From NCBI GenBank assembly GCA_963528875.1, contig CAURWT010000001.1, positions 240,001-272,000 of the forward strand: a stretch of 32,000 bases of DNA, written 5' to 3'. The DNA comes from an uncultured Candidatus Saccharimonas sp. Lineage in GTDB: Bacteria; Patescibacteriota; Saccharimonadia; Saccharimonadales; Saccharimonadaceae. The notes under the pieces were generated by a model. That model saw only the letters and a list, made by a program, of their open reading frames with translations. It ran no database searches and was not told the origin of the DNA. Of this stretch, positions 1 through 8,278 are shown in pieces (the stretch's first letter is position 1; each line of letters begins with the position of its first letter). The position numbers were made by a program, and so were the translations under genes.

Positions 1-1
1 G

Positions 2-445
2 GAATTTACACTTGGGCAAATTTCCAGTACGGGCGATCCTGAAGGCGAGATTTCTAAATGCGAGAATTTTGAAATCCCAACTTTTGAACAGATTGAAAAA
101 GAAATTAAAACTAACTTTTTAGGCAAAATTGAACAAACTCCGCCAGCTTTTAGTGCAATAAAAATTGAGGGCAAGCGTGCCTATGATTTGGCGCGAAAAG
201 GTGAGGATTTTGAAATTCCTAAACGCACGGTTGAAATTTTTGATTTCGAAATTTTAAGTTATGATTTTCCAAAATTAAAAGTTCGCACACATGTTTCAAG
301 TGGAACTTACATTCGTTCGCTGGCAGAAGATTTGGGCAAAAATTTGGGTTGCGGTGCGTTTTGTTCGCAACTTCGGCGCACAAAAATTGCCGATTTTGAT
401 ATTTCGAAAGCTAAAAAGCTTGAAGATTTTGGAATTTTAGATTAG
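2..445 (+). CDS. truB: tRNA pseudouridine(55) synthase TruB, C-terminal part (5' end lies outside the window)
   Basis: Frame is open from the window edge. Translation contains QTPPAFSAIKIEGKRAYDLARKG and GTYIRSLAEDLG, both typical of TruB. TAG stop at 443-445. Confidence 0.9.
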   Translation, partial: EFTLGQISSTGDPEGEISKCENFEIPTFEQIEKEIKTNFLGKIEQTPPAFSAIKIEGKRAYDLARKGEDFEIPKRTVEIFDFEILSYDFPKLKVRTHVSSGTYIRSLAEDLGKNLGCGAFCSQLRRTKIADFDISKAKKLEDFGILD

Positions 446-468
446 TTTTTGCTTATACTGCCAAAAAA

Positions 469-477
469 TGATATAAT
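469..477 (+). promoter_or_regulatory. Extended -10 promoter TGATATAAT; ATG of orn lies 7 nt downstream (leaderless-type)
   Basis: TGaTATAAT at 469-477 and ATG at 485. No Shine-Dalgarno sequence in between. Confidence 0.55.
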
Positions 478-484
478 TTAAATA

Positions 485-1033
485 ATGAAAAACGCAAAAA
501 TTCTTTGGATTGATTTAGAAATGACCGGTCTTGAACCTGAAAAAGACCGAATTTTAGAAGTTGCGGCAATTGCGACAGATTGGGATTTTAATGAAATTGC
601 CACTTTCGAAAGTGCAGTTAAGGTTGATGAGAAAATTCTCGAAATCCGAATGGTTGGTGATTTTTGGGATACTTTTAGCGAAACGCGTGATGCTTTAAAA
701 TTGCAAAATTCTTGCGCTACAAAAAATTCACAAGAAGTTGAAGCGGATTTAATTAAATTTGTAGAAGAAAATTTTGCCGAAGAAATTTTGAAAGGCGAGA
801 AAATTATTTTGGGTGGAAATTCAATTCACCAAGATCGCCGATTTATTCGTGAAGAATGGAAAAAACTTGAAAAAATGCTGCATTATCGAATGTTAGATGT
901 TTCAGCGTGGAAAGTTGTGATGAGCGCTAAGTTTAAACGGGTGTTTGCTAAGCCTGAAAATCACCGCGCGCTGGATGATATTCGCGGTTCGATTGAAGAG
1001 TTGAAATTTTATTTAAAAAAGGTGAAAAAGTAA
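485..1033 (+). CDS. orn: Oligoribonuclease (DEDDh 3'-5' exonuclease)
   Basis: 182 aa. Motifs ILWIDLEMTGL, GNSIHQDRRFI and HRALDDI match the Orn exonuclease motifs. Confidence 0.9.
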   Translation: MKNAKILWIDLEMTGLEPEKDRILEVAAIATDWDFNEIATFESAVKVDEKILEIRMVGDFWDTFSETRDALKLQNSCATKNSQEVEADLIKFVEENFAEEILKGEKIILGGNSIHQDRRFIREEWKKLEKMLHYRMLDVSAWKVVMSAKFKRVFAKPENHRALDDIRGSIEELKFYLKKVKK

Positions 1034-1458
1034 TGGATCAAAGTGAAATTAAAGATTTTTTGCTGAATTTTTACGCAGCGGAAGTTCGAAAAGATGAAGA
1101 AAATAAACTTGAAATTTTTGAAGTTAATTTTGATAAATTAGAAAAAATTTGGCAAGAAAAAATGGCTGGCGAGCTTGGCGATTTTGAGCGTGAGACTGGT
1201 GAAAAGATTCTTTCGAAAATTGCAGAAAGTGAAGAGCCAAAAGCAATTTTTGCAATCATTCACGATGGTTCAAAACCTTTAAAAGTTGAAATGAAAACAG
1301 GCGTGCAGCTTGCTCGAATTTTGCGTGAAAAGGAGAGTGTAGTGCCTTCAAAGTTGATGAGCGAGCGTGAGTGGAATTTGATTATTGGCCAAGGACAAGT
1401 TTCGGCTGAAGAATTGCGAGATTTGTTTCGCTTGAGCTATCGCTTGGTTTGCGAGTAA
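1033..1458 (+). CDS. Hypothetical acidic protein, translationally coupled to orn
   Basis: 141-aa ORF. Its start overlaps the orn stop (TAATG at 1031-1035). No family recognised. Confidence 0.6.
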   Translation: MDQSEIKDFLLNFYAAEVRKDEENKLEIFEVNFDKLEKIWQEKMAGELGDFERETGEKILSKIAESEEPKAIFAIIHDGSKPLKVEMKTGVQLARILREKESVVPSKLMSEREWNLIIGQGQVSAEELRDLFRLSYRLVCE

Positions 1459-1538
1459 AATATATTTTGTAGTTTCTCTTTTAGATAGAAAATAACCTTG
1501 CAAAAGCGGGGTTTTTCTTTGCGAAAAAAACTTTTTTG

Positions 1539-1547
1539 TGATATAAT
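1539..1547 (+). promoter_or_regulatory. Extended -10 promoter TGATATAAT upstream of the Q/N-rich protein gene
   Basis: TGaTATAAT at 1539-1547. In-frame ATG at 1558 is 10 nt downstream, and there is no SD. Confidence 0.5.
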
Positions 1548-1557
1548 CATAAGTAAT

Positions 1558-2511
1558 ATGAAACCGAATGAAGATTGGAATCAGGTCGGCCAAAATCAAA
1601 ATTTTGGTGCACCAAATAATTATCCTCAAAATCCTTATCCACCACAACAAAATTACGGTGGTTTTTCGAATAATTTTGCTCAAAATGGTCAATTCCCAAG
1701 TAATCAATTTCCGAATGGACAAAATCCACAGCAACAATTTGGCAGCCAAAATCAAAACTTTGGTGCACAACAGAATTTTCCGCAATATCCAAATAATTAC
1801 CGAAATCAACAACAATTTCCAGTTCAGCCAAATCAACCTGTTCAAAATTCGCAAGTTGCTCCAAATTTAATGCCAGATCAAAATTATTCGCAAGATACTA
1901 CAACTGAAAACCCTTACACAGTTGAGTATCTCAACAAGATTGCGCCCAAAAAAGCCGCTCCGTTTTGGACTAAAGGAAAAATTCTAGGTGCTTCAGCATT
2001 ATTAATCTCGCTATTTTTCTCGATTTTTATTATTGTAACTAGCAATAAGGGCGACGATAATGCTCAAGCGGTAATTCGTGCTTATTATAATATTTCGAAA
2101 TTAAAGGAAACTACAAAATCTTTTCAAAATAAGATTAAAAGTTCAGATTTAGCAGCCGTGAACGCAGGAATTAACACTTCACTTAGTTCAAATGAACAGG
2201 ATTTGAAAGAATTTATGAAGAGTCGGAAGATTGAAGTTCCTCGTGGAGATTCGAAAAAGAATTCGCAAGCAATAAAACAAACTGATGCGATTTTTGATAA
2301 ACTTAGTGCAACGCTTGATGACGCTTTCTTGAACGCTACAATTGATGAAGTTTATTCCCGTGAGATGGCATATCAGTTAATTCGTGTAAAAGATTTAATT
2401 ACACGACGCAAAAAAACTTCACCTTCTTCACAAAAGTCAGTATATGAAAAAATTGAAAAAAATCTTACAGAATCTTCAAAACAGCTTGAAAACTACCACA
2501 AAGCAAAATAA
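1558..2511 (+). CDS. Membrane-anchored protein with an N-terminal Q/N/P-rich low-complexity domain
   Basis: Start moved from 1498 to the in-frame ATG at 1558, just after the promoter. About 110 aa are Q/N/P/F/G-rich and QNQNFGA occurs twice. One TM segment (ILGASALLISLFFSIFIIVTS) is followed by a helical C-terminal domain. Confidence 0.7.
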   Translation: MKPNEDWNQVGQNQNFGAPNNYPQNPYPPQQNYGGFSNNFAQNGQFPSNQFPNGQNPQQQFGSQNQNFGAQQNFPQYPNNYRNQQQFPVQPNQPVQNSQVAPNLMPDQNYSQDTTTENPYTVEYLNKIAPKKAAPFWTKGKILGASALLISLFFSIFIIVTSNKGDDNAQAVIRAYYNISKLKETTKSFQNKIKSSDLAAVNAGINTSLSSNEQDLKEFMKSRKIEVPRGDSKKNSQAIKQTDAIFDKLSATLDDAFLNATIDEVYSREMAYQLIRVKDLITRRKKTSPSSQKSVYEKIEKNLTESSKQLENYHKAK

Positions 2512-2523
2512 TTTTCTGAAATT

Positions 2524-2558
2524 GCAGCCCATTTTTTGATTGATGAGGGCTGCTTTTT
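2524..2558 (+). terminator. Rho-independent terminator
   Basis: GCAGCCC (2524-2530) pairs with GGGCTGC (2547-2553). 16-nt loop, followed by TTTTT. Confidence 0.6.
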
Positions 2559-2559
2559 A

Positions 2560-2568
2560 TGTTAAAAT
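2560..2568 (+). promoter_or_regulatory. Extended -10 promoter TGTTAAAAT; dnaG ATG 6 nt downstream (leaderless-type)
   Basis: TGtTAAAAT at 2560-2568 and ATG at 2575. No SD. Confidence 0.55.
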
Positions 2569-2574
2569 ATAGAT

Positions 2575-4311
2575 ATGAATGATGCCAGAGACGAAATTAA
2601 AGCAAGAATAAGCATTGAAGATTTGGCTGGCGAATATCTTGAGCTCAAGCGAACTGGGCGTAATTTTAAAGCACTTAGTCCCTGGACAAATGAGCGAACT
2701 CCGAGTTTTATAATCAGCCCCGATAAACAAATTTGGCACGATTTTTCATCTGGAAAAGGCGGTGACATCTTTGGTTTTATTATGGAAGTTGAAGGAATGA
2801 ATTTCCGCGAGGCCTTAGAATTTCTGGCGCGAAAAGCTGGCGTTGAAATTGAAACTTTTGATTCAAAGCGTTCAAGAGAAATTTCTGAAAAAAAAGAACG
2901 ACTTCGAAAAATTTTGCAAATTAGTGCAAATTTTTATCAGCATATGTTGGTTCGTAATAAAGAAGCTTTGAATTATGTTTTTAAAAATCGCAAACTTTCG
3001 AAAGAAATTGTGCAAGAGTTCAAAATTGGTTTTGCTCCAAATACTCAAAAAATGCTCACGAATTTTTTGCTAAAAAAAGGTTTTGCGATGAGCGATATTC
3101 GTGATGCTGGGTTGTTAAACCGATTTGGCGGCGATATTTTTCGAAATCGAATGGTGATTGCTTTGCAGGATTCGGGTGGGTCGCCAGTTGGTTTTACCGG
3201 CCGAATTATTAAAGATGAGCCAAATGCGCCAAAATATTTAAACACACCTCAAACTTTGCTTTATGATAAATCTTCAAACATTTTTGGCCTTTCGCAAGCA
3301 AAAAATGAAATTCGAAAAGCTGGTTTTGTGGTTGTAGTTGAAGGAAATATGGATGTAATTTCGAGCCATCAAGCTGGTGTGAAAAATGTGGTTGCAACGG
3401 CCGGTACGGCGATGACAGTTCATCATTTAAAGGCTCTTGGTAGGTTTTCGAATGATGTTCGCCTTTGTTTTGATAGCGATCAAGCTGGAATTAGCGCTAC
3501 CGAGCGAGCAATTTCGTTAGGACAACAAGCTGGTGTGGAGCTTTCAATTATCACCTTAATTCAATCGGCAGGTGAAGCTAAAGACCCAGATGAATTAATT
3601 CAAAAAGATTTGGAACTTTGGAAGGATTCAATTTCGAAGCCACAACCGGCGATAGAATGGATTTTTGACCAATATGAAAAACGGCTAAATATTGCAACCG
3701 CCGTAGGAAAAAAGGAGTTTTCCACAATAGCACTGAAACTTGTGGAAAACTTAAATGACCCTGTGGAAAAAGATTTTTATATTGAACAAATTTCGAAAAG
3801 AATTGGCATTTCGAAAACAACATTACTCGGAAAATTTGACGAAAAGCCTAGGCCAGTTAAACCAAAAAGGCGAATAAAAATTGAAAAAACTGACGAGAAA
3901 TTTGTTGATGAATATATTTATGAAGATGATTTGTTAGCTCTTGCGATTAAAGAACAGAAGCTTGCTGAAATGTTGAGTGAGTTGCAAGATGATATTTTAC
4001 ATAATAAACAACGAAATCAAATTCTGCAAATTTTGAAATCAAATAATCTCGATCTCTTGAAAAACTTCGATGGTTATGTTAAAATACTTCTATTAAAGGC
4101 TGACGAACGACTCGGAAATATAAAAGGCAGTGCCACCGACGAAATGAAGCGTTTGATTCATAAAATTAAAACCCAAAATTTACAAGAACGAAAAGTGAAT
4201 CTTCAAAAGCAACTCGAAGATGCTGAAATTCAAGGTGATGAAAATTTGAGAATGAAGATTTTGATGGAAATTATACAATTAAATAAGGAGCTGAATAGTG
4301 GTAAAAGGTAA
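2575..4311 (+). CDS. dnaG: DNA primase DnaG with a degenerate zinc-binding domain
   Basis: N-terminal [32 protein letters not shown] aligns to the zf-CHC2 region. TOPRIM motifs [11 protein letters not shown] and CFDSDQAG are present. Sits directly upstream of rpoD, the conserved order. Confidence 0.93.
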   Translation: MNDARDEIKARISIEDLAGEYLELKRTGRNFKALSPWTNERTPSFIISPDKQIWHDFSSGKGGDIFGFIMEVEGMNFREALEFLARKAGVEIETFDSKRSREISEKKERLRKILQISANFYQHMLVRNKEALNYVFKNRKLSKEIVQEFKIGFAPNTQKMLTNFLLKKGFAMSDIRDAGLLNRFGGDIFRNRMVIALQDSGGSPVGFTGRIIKDEPNAPKYLNTPQTLLYDKSSNIFGLSQAKNEIRKAGFVVVVEGNMDVISSHQAGVKNVVATAGTAMTVHHLKALGRFSNDVRLCFDSDQAGISATERAISLGQQAGVELSIITLIQSAGEAKDPDELIQKDLELWKDSISKPQPAIEWIFDQYEKRLNIATAVGKKEFSTIALKLVENLNDPVEKDFYIEQISKRIGISKTTLLGKFDEKPRPVKPKRRIKIEKTDEKFVDEYIYEDDLLALAIKEQKLAEMLSELQDDILHNKQRNQILQILKSNNLDLLKNFDGYVKILLLKADERLGNIKGSATDEMKRLIHKIKTQNLQERKVNLQKQLEDAEIQGDENLRMKILMEIIQLNKELNSGKR

Positions 4312-5311
4312 GAGTAAAAAAGAACTACCAGAAGAAATTCTAAATGAAGACGGCATTGTGGATGCAACTCTTTCGCTTGATGATTTCGAACCAGATTTTG
4401 ACGACCTTGCAGTTGAAGATGAAGAAGATATCACTGAAGAAGATTTATTGAACGGTGCTTATAATGATGATATAACAGATGATAGTGTTCGAATGTATCT
4501 TCGTGAAATTGGTAAGATTCCACTCCTTTCACTCGAAAAAGAGACCGAGCTTGCTGAAAAAGCAATGCAGGGCGATCAATGCGCAAAAGATAAAATGGCT
4601 GAAGCAAACATGCGTTTGGTTGTTTCAATTGCGAAAAGGTATTCCGGCCGCGGTTTAGAGCTACTTGACTTAATTCAAGAAGGGAACACGGGGCTTCTTC
4701 GTGCGGTTGATAAATTTGACCCAAGTAAAGGTTTTAAATTCTCAACTTATGCAACTTGGTGGATTCGGCAGGCAATTACACGCGCAATTGCCGACCAAGC
4801 TCGGACTATTCGAATTCCTGTTCATATGGTTGAAACGATTAACAAGCTGATGCGAACTTCTCGCCGATTGACGCAAGAATTAAACCGTGAGCCAACCAAC
4901 CAAGAACTCGCTAAAGAAATGGATATGGATGTTGAAAAAATTGAATATATCCAAAAAATTAAGCAAGATATTACTTCTTTAGATGCTGGAATTGGTCGTG
5001 ATGGCGAGGAGGGTGAAGAATCAACACTTGGTGATTTTATTGAAGATGAAGATACCGCTAGCCCAGAAGAATCTGCAACTGTTCAACTTTTGAAAGAACA
5101 AGTTCGCGAAATTCTTTCAACACTTTCTGATCGTGAGCGGAAAATTCTTGAAATGCGTTTTGGTTTAAATGGCACAAAAAGCCATACGCTTGAAGAAGTC
5201 GGTCTTGAATTCGCAGTGACTCGCGAGCGGATTCGCCAGATTGAAGCTAAAGCTTTAATGAAACTTAAAAAGCATAAAGATTCGAAAAAGCTTCATGAAT
5301 ATTTGGACTAA
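4298..5311 (+). CDS. rpoD: Primary RNA polymerase sigma factor (sigma-70 family)
   Basis: GTG start with AAGGAG 7 nt upstream. Overlaps the dnaG end by 14 nt. Contains [54 protein letters not shown] and region 4 [20 protein letters not shown]. Confidence 0.95.
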   Translation: MVKGKSKKELPEEILNEDGIVDATLSLDDFEPDFDDLAVEDEEDITEEDLLNGAYNDDITDDSVRMYLREIGKIPLLSLEKETELAEKAMQGDQCAKDKMAEANMRLVVSIAKRYSGRGLELLDLIQEGNTGLLRAVDKFDPSKGFKFSTYATWWIRQAITRAIADQARTIRIPVHMVETINKLMRTSRRLTQELNREPTNQELAKEMDMDVEKIEYIQKIKQDITSLDAGIGRDGEEGEESTLGDFIEDEDTASPEESATVQLLKEQVREILSTLSDRERKILEMRFGLNGTKSHTLEEVGLEFAVTRERIRQIEAKALMKLKKHKDSKKLHEYLD

Positions 5312-5332
5312 ACGTGGTGGGGAAAGGTTAAG

Positions 5333-5977
5333 ATGAAAGAAAAAATTATACGAATTGCACCAATTTTATTGATTATTGCGATTGCAATTCTTTCGATTAT
5401 TACAGTTGTAACAATTGTTAATACGTTTATGAATGGTGGAAATGGTTCAGACCAAGCTCAGCAGGCGAACAATGAAGCTTCGAAAGAAGATAATTCGCCT
5501 TCAAGTAAAGAATTGTTAAGCACTGATCAAAACCGCAGTGTTAAAATGGTGGTTCGTGGACCGATTGTTGCACAAGAGAATTTTCGTTCTTACACGGTTG
5601 AGGTTTCACCAAGATTTCGAAAACTTACAACTTACAAGGGTTATCTTGGTGAAGTAATTAAAGAAGTTAAGCTTGATAACAATACAGAATCTTATACCCA
5701 ATTCGTAAATGCTTTAAATAAAGCCAATATGATGAAGGGAGCTCCTTTTAGTGGTGATGCAGATGATTTAGCTGGTGTTTGTGCTACTGGTCATCTTTAT
5801 GATTTTTCAATGCTGAAAGATGATAAAACTGAAAAACACCTATGGACTTCAACTTGCTCGGGTTCAAAAGGATCACTTATTGCAAATACTAAACAATTGC
5901 AAAATTTGTTCATTGCGCAAGTTCCTGGAAATGAGCAAATAGTTCGCGATCTTGGAATAAATGAAATTAAACGCTAA
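5333..5977 (+). CDS. Hypothetical N-terminally anchored extracytoplasmic protein
   Basis: 214 aa. One N-terminal TM (IAPILLIIAIAILSIITVVTIV), then a soluble domain containing Cys. GAAAGG lies upstream of the ATG. Confidence 0.6.
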   Translation: MKEKIIRIAPILLIIAIAILSIITVVTIVNTFMNGGNGSDQAQQANNEASKEDNSPSSKELLSTDQNRSVKMVVRGPIVAQENFRSYTVEVSPRFRKLTTYKGYLGEVIKEVKLDNNTESYTQFVNALNKANMMKGAPFSGDADDLAGVCATGHLYDFSMLKDDKTEKHLWTSTCSGSKGSLIANTKQLQNLFIAQVPGNEQIVRDLGINEIKR

Positions 5978-6395
5978 TGTTTTGATTTTTGATTGCTTTG
6001 GGGTGCTGGTTTCTTACCAGTCTTCTTCGGAGCATCTTTTTGAGTATATTTGGCAGAAAGATCAAAATTTGTTGAATTTTATTCGAAAAAACAAAGCTAA
6101 GGGTTCGAAAATTGGTGTTTTATCTAATATCGCACAATATCAATTTAATCAACTTTTTTCAAAAGAAGAGCAAGAGGAATTATTTGATTTCTTGGTACTC
6201 TCGGGTGAAGTTGGAGTTTCGAAACCTTCGAAAGAGATTTTTGAAATTGCAATTGATAAAAGTGAGGCTTGTTTAAATGAAATTTATTTTTTTGATGATT
6301 CTTTGCAAAATGTTGAAGCTGCCAAAAAACTTGGAATAAACGCATTTTTATATCAAAATTGGAATGAATTTTCGAAAGAATTTAAGGAGGAATAA
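5961..6395 (+). CDS. HAD-superfamily hydrolase, small subfamily IA-like
   Basis: Motif I-like FDCFGVL, GVLSN, motif III VSKPSKEIFE, and motif IV FFDDSLQNVEAAKKLG. Confidence 0.7.
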   Translation: MKLNANVLIFDCFGVLVSYQSSSEHLFEYIWQKDQNLLNFIRKNKAKGSKIGVLSNIAQYQFNQLFSKEEQEELFDFLVLSGEVGVSKPSKEIFEIAIDKSEACLNEIYFFDDSLQNVEAAKKLGINAFLYQNWNEFSKEFKEE

Positions 6396-7276
6396 TGCCA
6401 GAATTACCAGAAGTTGAAACAGTTGTAAGAGGCTTGAATCGACTAATTCTAAAAAAGAAAATTGCGAAAGTTAAACACGATTGGCCTAAAAGTTTTCCGA
6501 ATGCTGAAAGAGATGTTCAGGATTTTATGATTGGTGCTGAAATTTCGAATGTTCGCCGCCGCGGAAAAGCTATAATTATTGAGCTAGAGAATGGTTGGTC
6601 GCTCGTAACGCATCTCCGAATGACGGGGCAGATGGTTTATCGTGGTGAAGAAAACTGGGGCGCAGGGCATCCAAATGAGGATTTTTTAAATGATCTTCCA
6701 AATAAATCAACAAGAGTTGAGATTGATTTTGAAGATGAAACTAAACTATTTTTTAATGACCAGCGAAAATTTGGCTATATGAAATTATTGCCAATACCAG
6801 AAATTGAAAATTTACCTTTTTTTCAAAAGCTTGGTCCTGAACCTCTTGAAGATAATTTTACGGTTGAAATTTTAAAAAATCGTCTTTCGAAAAAACAAAA
6901 TAGTATGATAAAGCCTGCGATTTTGGAGCAGAGTGTTATTGCTGGTGTTGGAAATATTTATGCTGATGAGGCTTTGTGGCGAGCAAAAATTCACCCTGAA
7001 ACTAGAATTAAAGATTTTTCGAACGAAGATTTCGTGAATCTGCATGAGGCAATTCGTTTTGTAATGAATGAATCGATTAAAAGAGGTGGCTCAACCGACC
7101 GAAATTATGTTAATGCAGATGGCTCACGCGGAAATTATTTAAATTATGCCGCCGTTTATCATAAAGATGGCGAGCCTTGTAAACGTTGTGGAACAGAAAT
7201 CTCAAAAATTCGTGTTGGTGGTAGAGGAACACATTTTTGCACAAATTGCCAAAAAATTAAAGGTAGTGAAAACTGA
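6395..7276 (+). CDS. mutM: Formamidopyrimidine-DNA glycosylase
   Basis: N-terminal MPELPEVETV. C-terminal zinc finger CKRCGTEISKIRVGGRGTHFCTNCQ. TGA stop. Confidence 0.93.
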   Translation: MPELPEVETVVRGLNRLILKKKIAKVKHDWPKSFPNAERDVQDFMIGAEISNVRRRGKAIIIELENGWSLVTHLRMTGQMVYRGEENWGAGHPNEDFLNDLPNKSTRVEIDFEDETKLFFNDQRKFGYMKLLPIPEIENLPFFQKLGPEPLEDNFTVEILKNRLSKKQNSMIKPAILEQSVIAGVGNIYADEALWRAKIHPETRIKDFSNEDFVNLHEAIRFVMNESIKRGGSTDRNYVNADGSRGNYLNYAAVYHKDGEPCKRCGTEISKIRVGGRGTHFCTNCQKIKGSEN

Positions 7277-8238
7277 TGATTGGTGGAAAAACAACAATTC
7301 TTTATGGTGATAATTCTTATGAACGCACTGCTCAACTCGCTAAAATGAAGATTGATGCTGAAAGATCTGGTTTTGAAATTCAGAAAAGTAACTCTGACGA
7401 GCTTTCGAAGAGTGATTTTGTGAGTTTAATTTGTGGCGTTAGCTTGTTATCTGAAAAACGTTTTGTTTATATCCGAAATTTGAGCGAAAACTCAGAAATT
7501 TGGCAGAATTTAGCTGAAATTTTACCAAGAATTTCAACCGATGTTCATCTTTGCTTGGTTGAAGATAAAATCGATAAGCGATCGATTGTTTATAAGGCCA
7601 TTTCAAAAATTGTTGAATTATATGAATTTAAGAATTTAACTGCAAGAGATTCGAAAAATTTGGCAGAATTTGCACGACTTTTTGCAAAAAAACAAGGTTT
7701 GTTGATTGATAATAAAACGGCGAGTTTTTTGATTTCTTGGGTTGGTGTTGATGAATGGCGAATACGTGATGCAATCGAAAAAATAGCGTTAATTGGTGAA
7801 GCTAATGAACAAAATATTCGTGAATTTGTTCCGCAGAATATCGAGAGCAATGCATTTGCAATTATTGAAATGATGTTTTTTGGCGATATTTTGAAGTTAC
7901 AAGAAGAGTTTTCGAAATTAAAAATTACAGATGGCGAAGATGGAGCTTTTCGCTTTTTAGGAATGATTTCAACACAAATTTTTAATTTAGTAGCTTTAAA
8001 AGTTGGTAAAAATATTGGGAAAACTACGGCAGAAATTGCTAAAGAAATTGGTGCGAATACTTGGGCTTTAGGAAAAATGGAGAGTTTTGTGCAAAATCTG
8101 AGCGAAAGTCAACTTGCTGAGATTGTTTCGAAATTTGCGCAGGTAGATGAAATTATTAAAACTGAAAGTGTTGATCCTTGGAATTTAGTTGAGTCAACAA
8201 TTCTTGAAATTGCTAGCAAATTAAAGAACCAAAAATAG
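7276..8238 (+). CDS. holA: DNA polymerase III delta subunit (probable)
   Basis: 320 aa. ATG overlaps the mutM TGA. The N-terminal ILYGDNSYERT pattern and the overall length fit HolA, but similarity is judged by eye only. Confidence 0.55.
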   Translation: MIGGKTTILYGDNSYERTAQLAKMKIDAERSGFEIQKSNSDELSKSDFVSLICGVSLLSEKRFVYIRNLSENSEIWQNLAEILPRISTDVHLCLVEDKIDKRSIVYKAISKIVELYEFKNLTARDSKNLAEFARLFAKKQGLLIDNKTASFLISWVGVDEWRIRDAIEKIALIGEANEQNIREFVPQNIESNAFAIIEMMFFGDILKLQEEFSKLKITDGEDGAFRFLGMISTQIFNLVALKVGKNIGKTTAEIAKEIGANTWALGKMESFVQNLSESQLAEIVSKFAQVDEIIKTESVDPWNLVESTILEIASKLKNQK

Positions 8239-8258
8239 TTTTCGAAAAAACATTTTTA

Positions 8259-8267
8259 TGATATAAT
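8259..8267 (+). promoter_or_regulatory. Extended -10 promoter TGATATAAT upstream of ftsK
   Basis: TGaTATAAT at 8259-8267. TTG at 8273 and ATG at 8279 follow. Confidence 0.5.
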
Positions 8268-8278
8268 ATAAATTGATT

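Noticed and set aside
1348-1870. Three overlapping ORFs (168 aa minus, 105 aa minus, 100 aa plus) across the Q/N-rich region
   Set aside because: They are frame shadows of a low-complexity CAA/AAT-rich repeat. Only the 1558-2511 frame continues into a TM helix and a structured domain and sits behind a promoter.
7274-7276. Alternative genetic code (UGA recoding, as in some CPR lineages)
   Set aside because: TGA ends mutM exactly where holA begins, and all conserved proteins translate uninterrupted with the standard code.
8240-8267. TTTCGAAA acting as the -35 element of the ftsK promoter
   Set aside because: TCGAAA matches TTGACA at only 4 of 6 positions. The spacing to the -10 is about 14 nt, which is too short.
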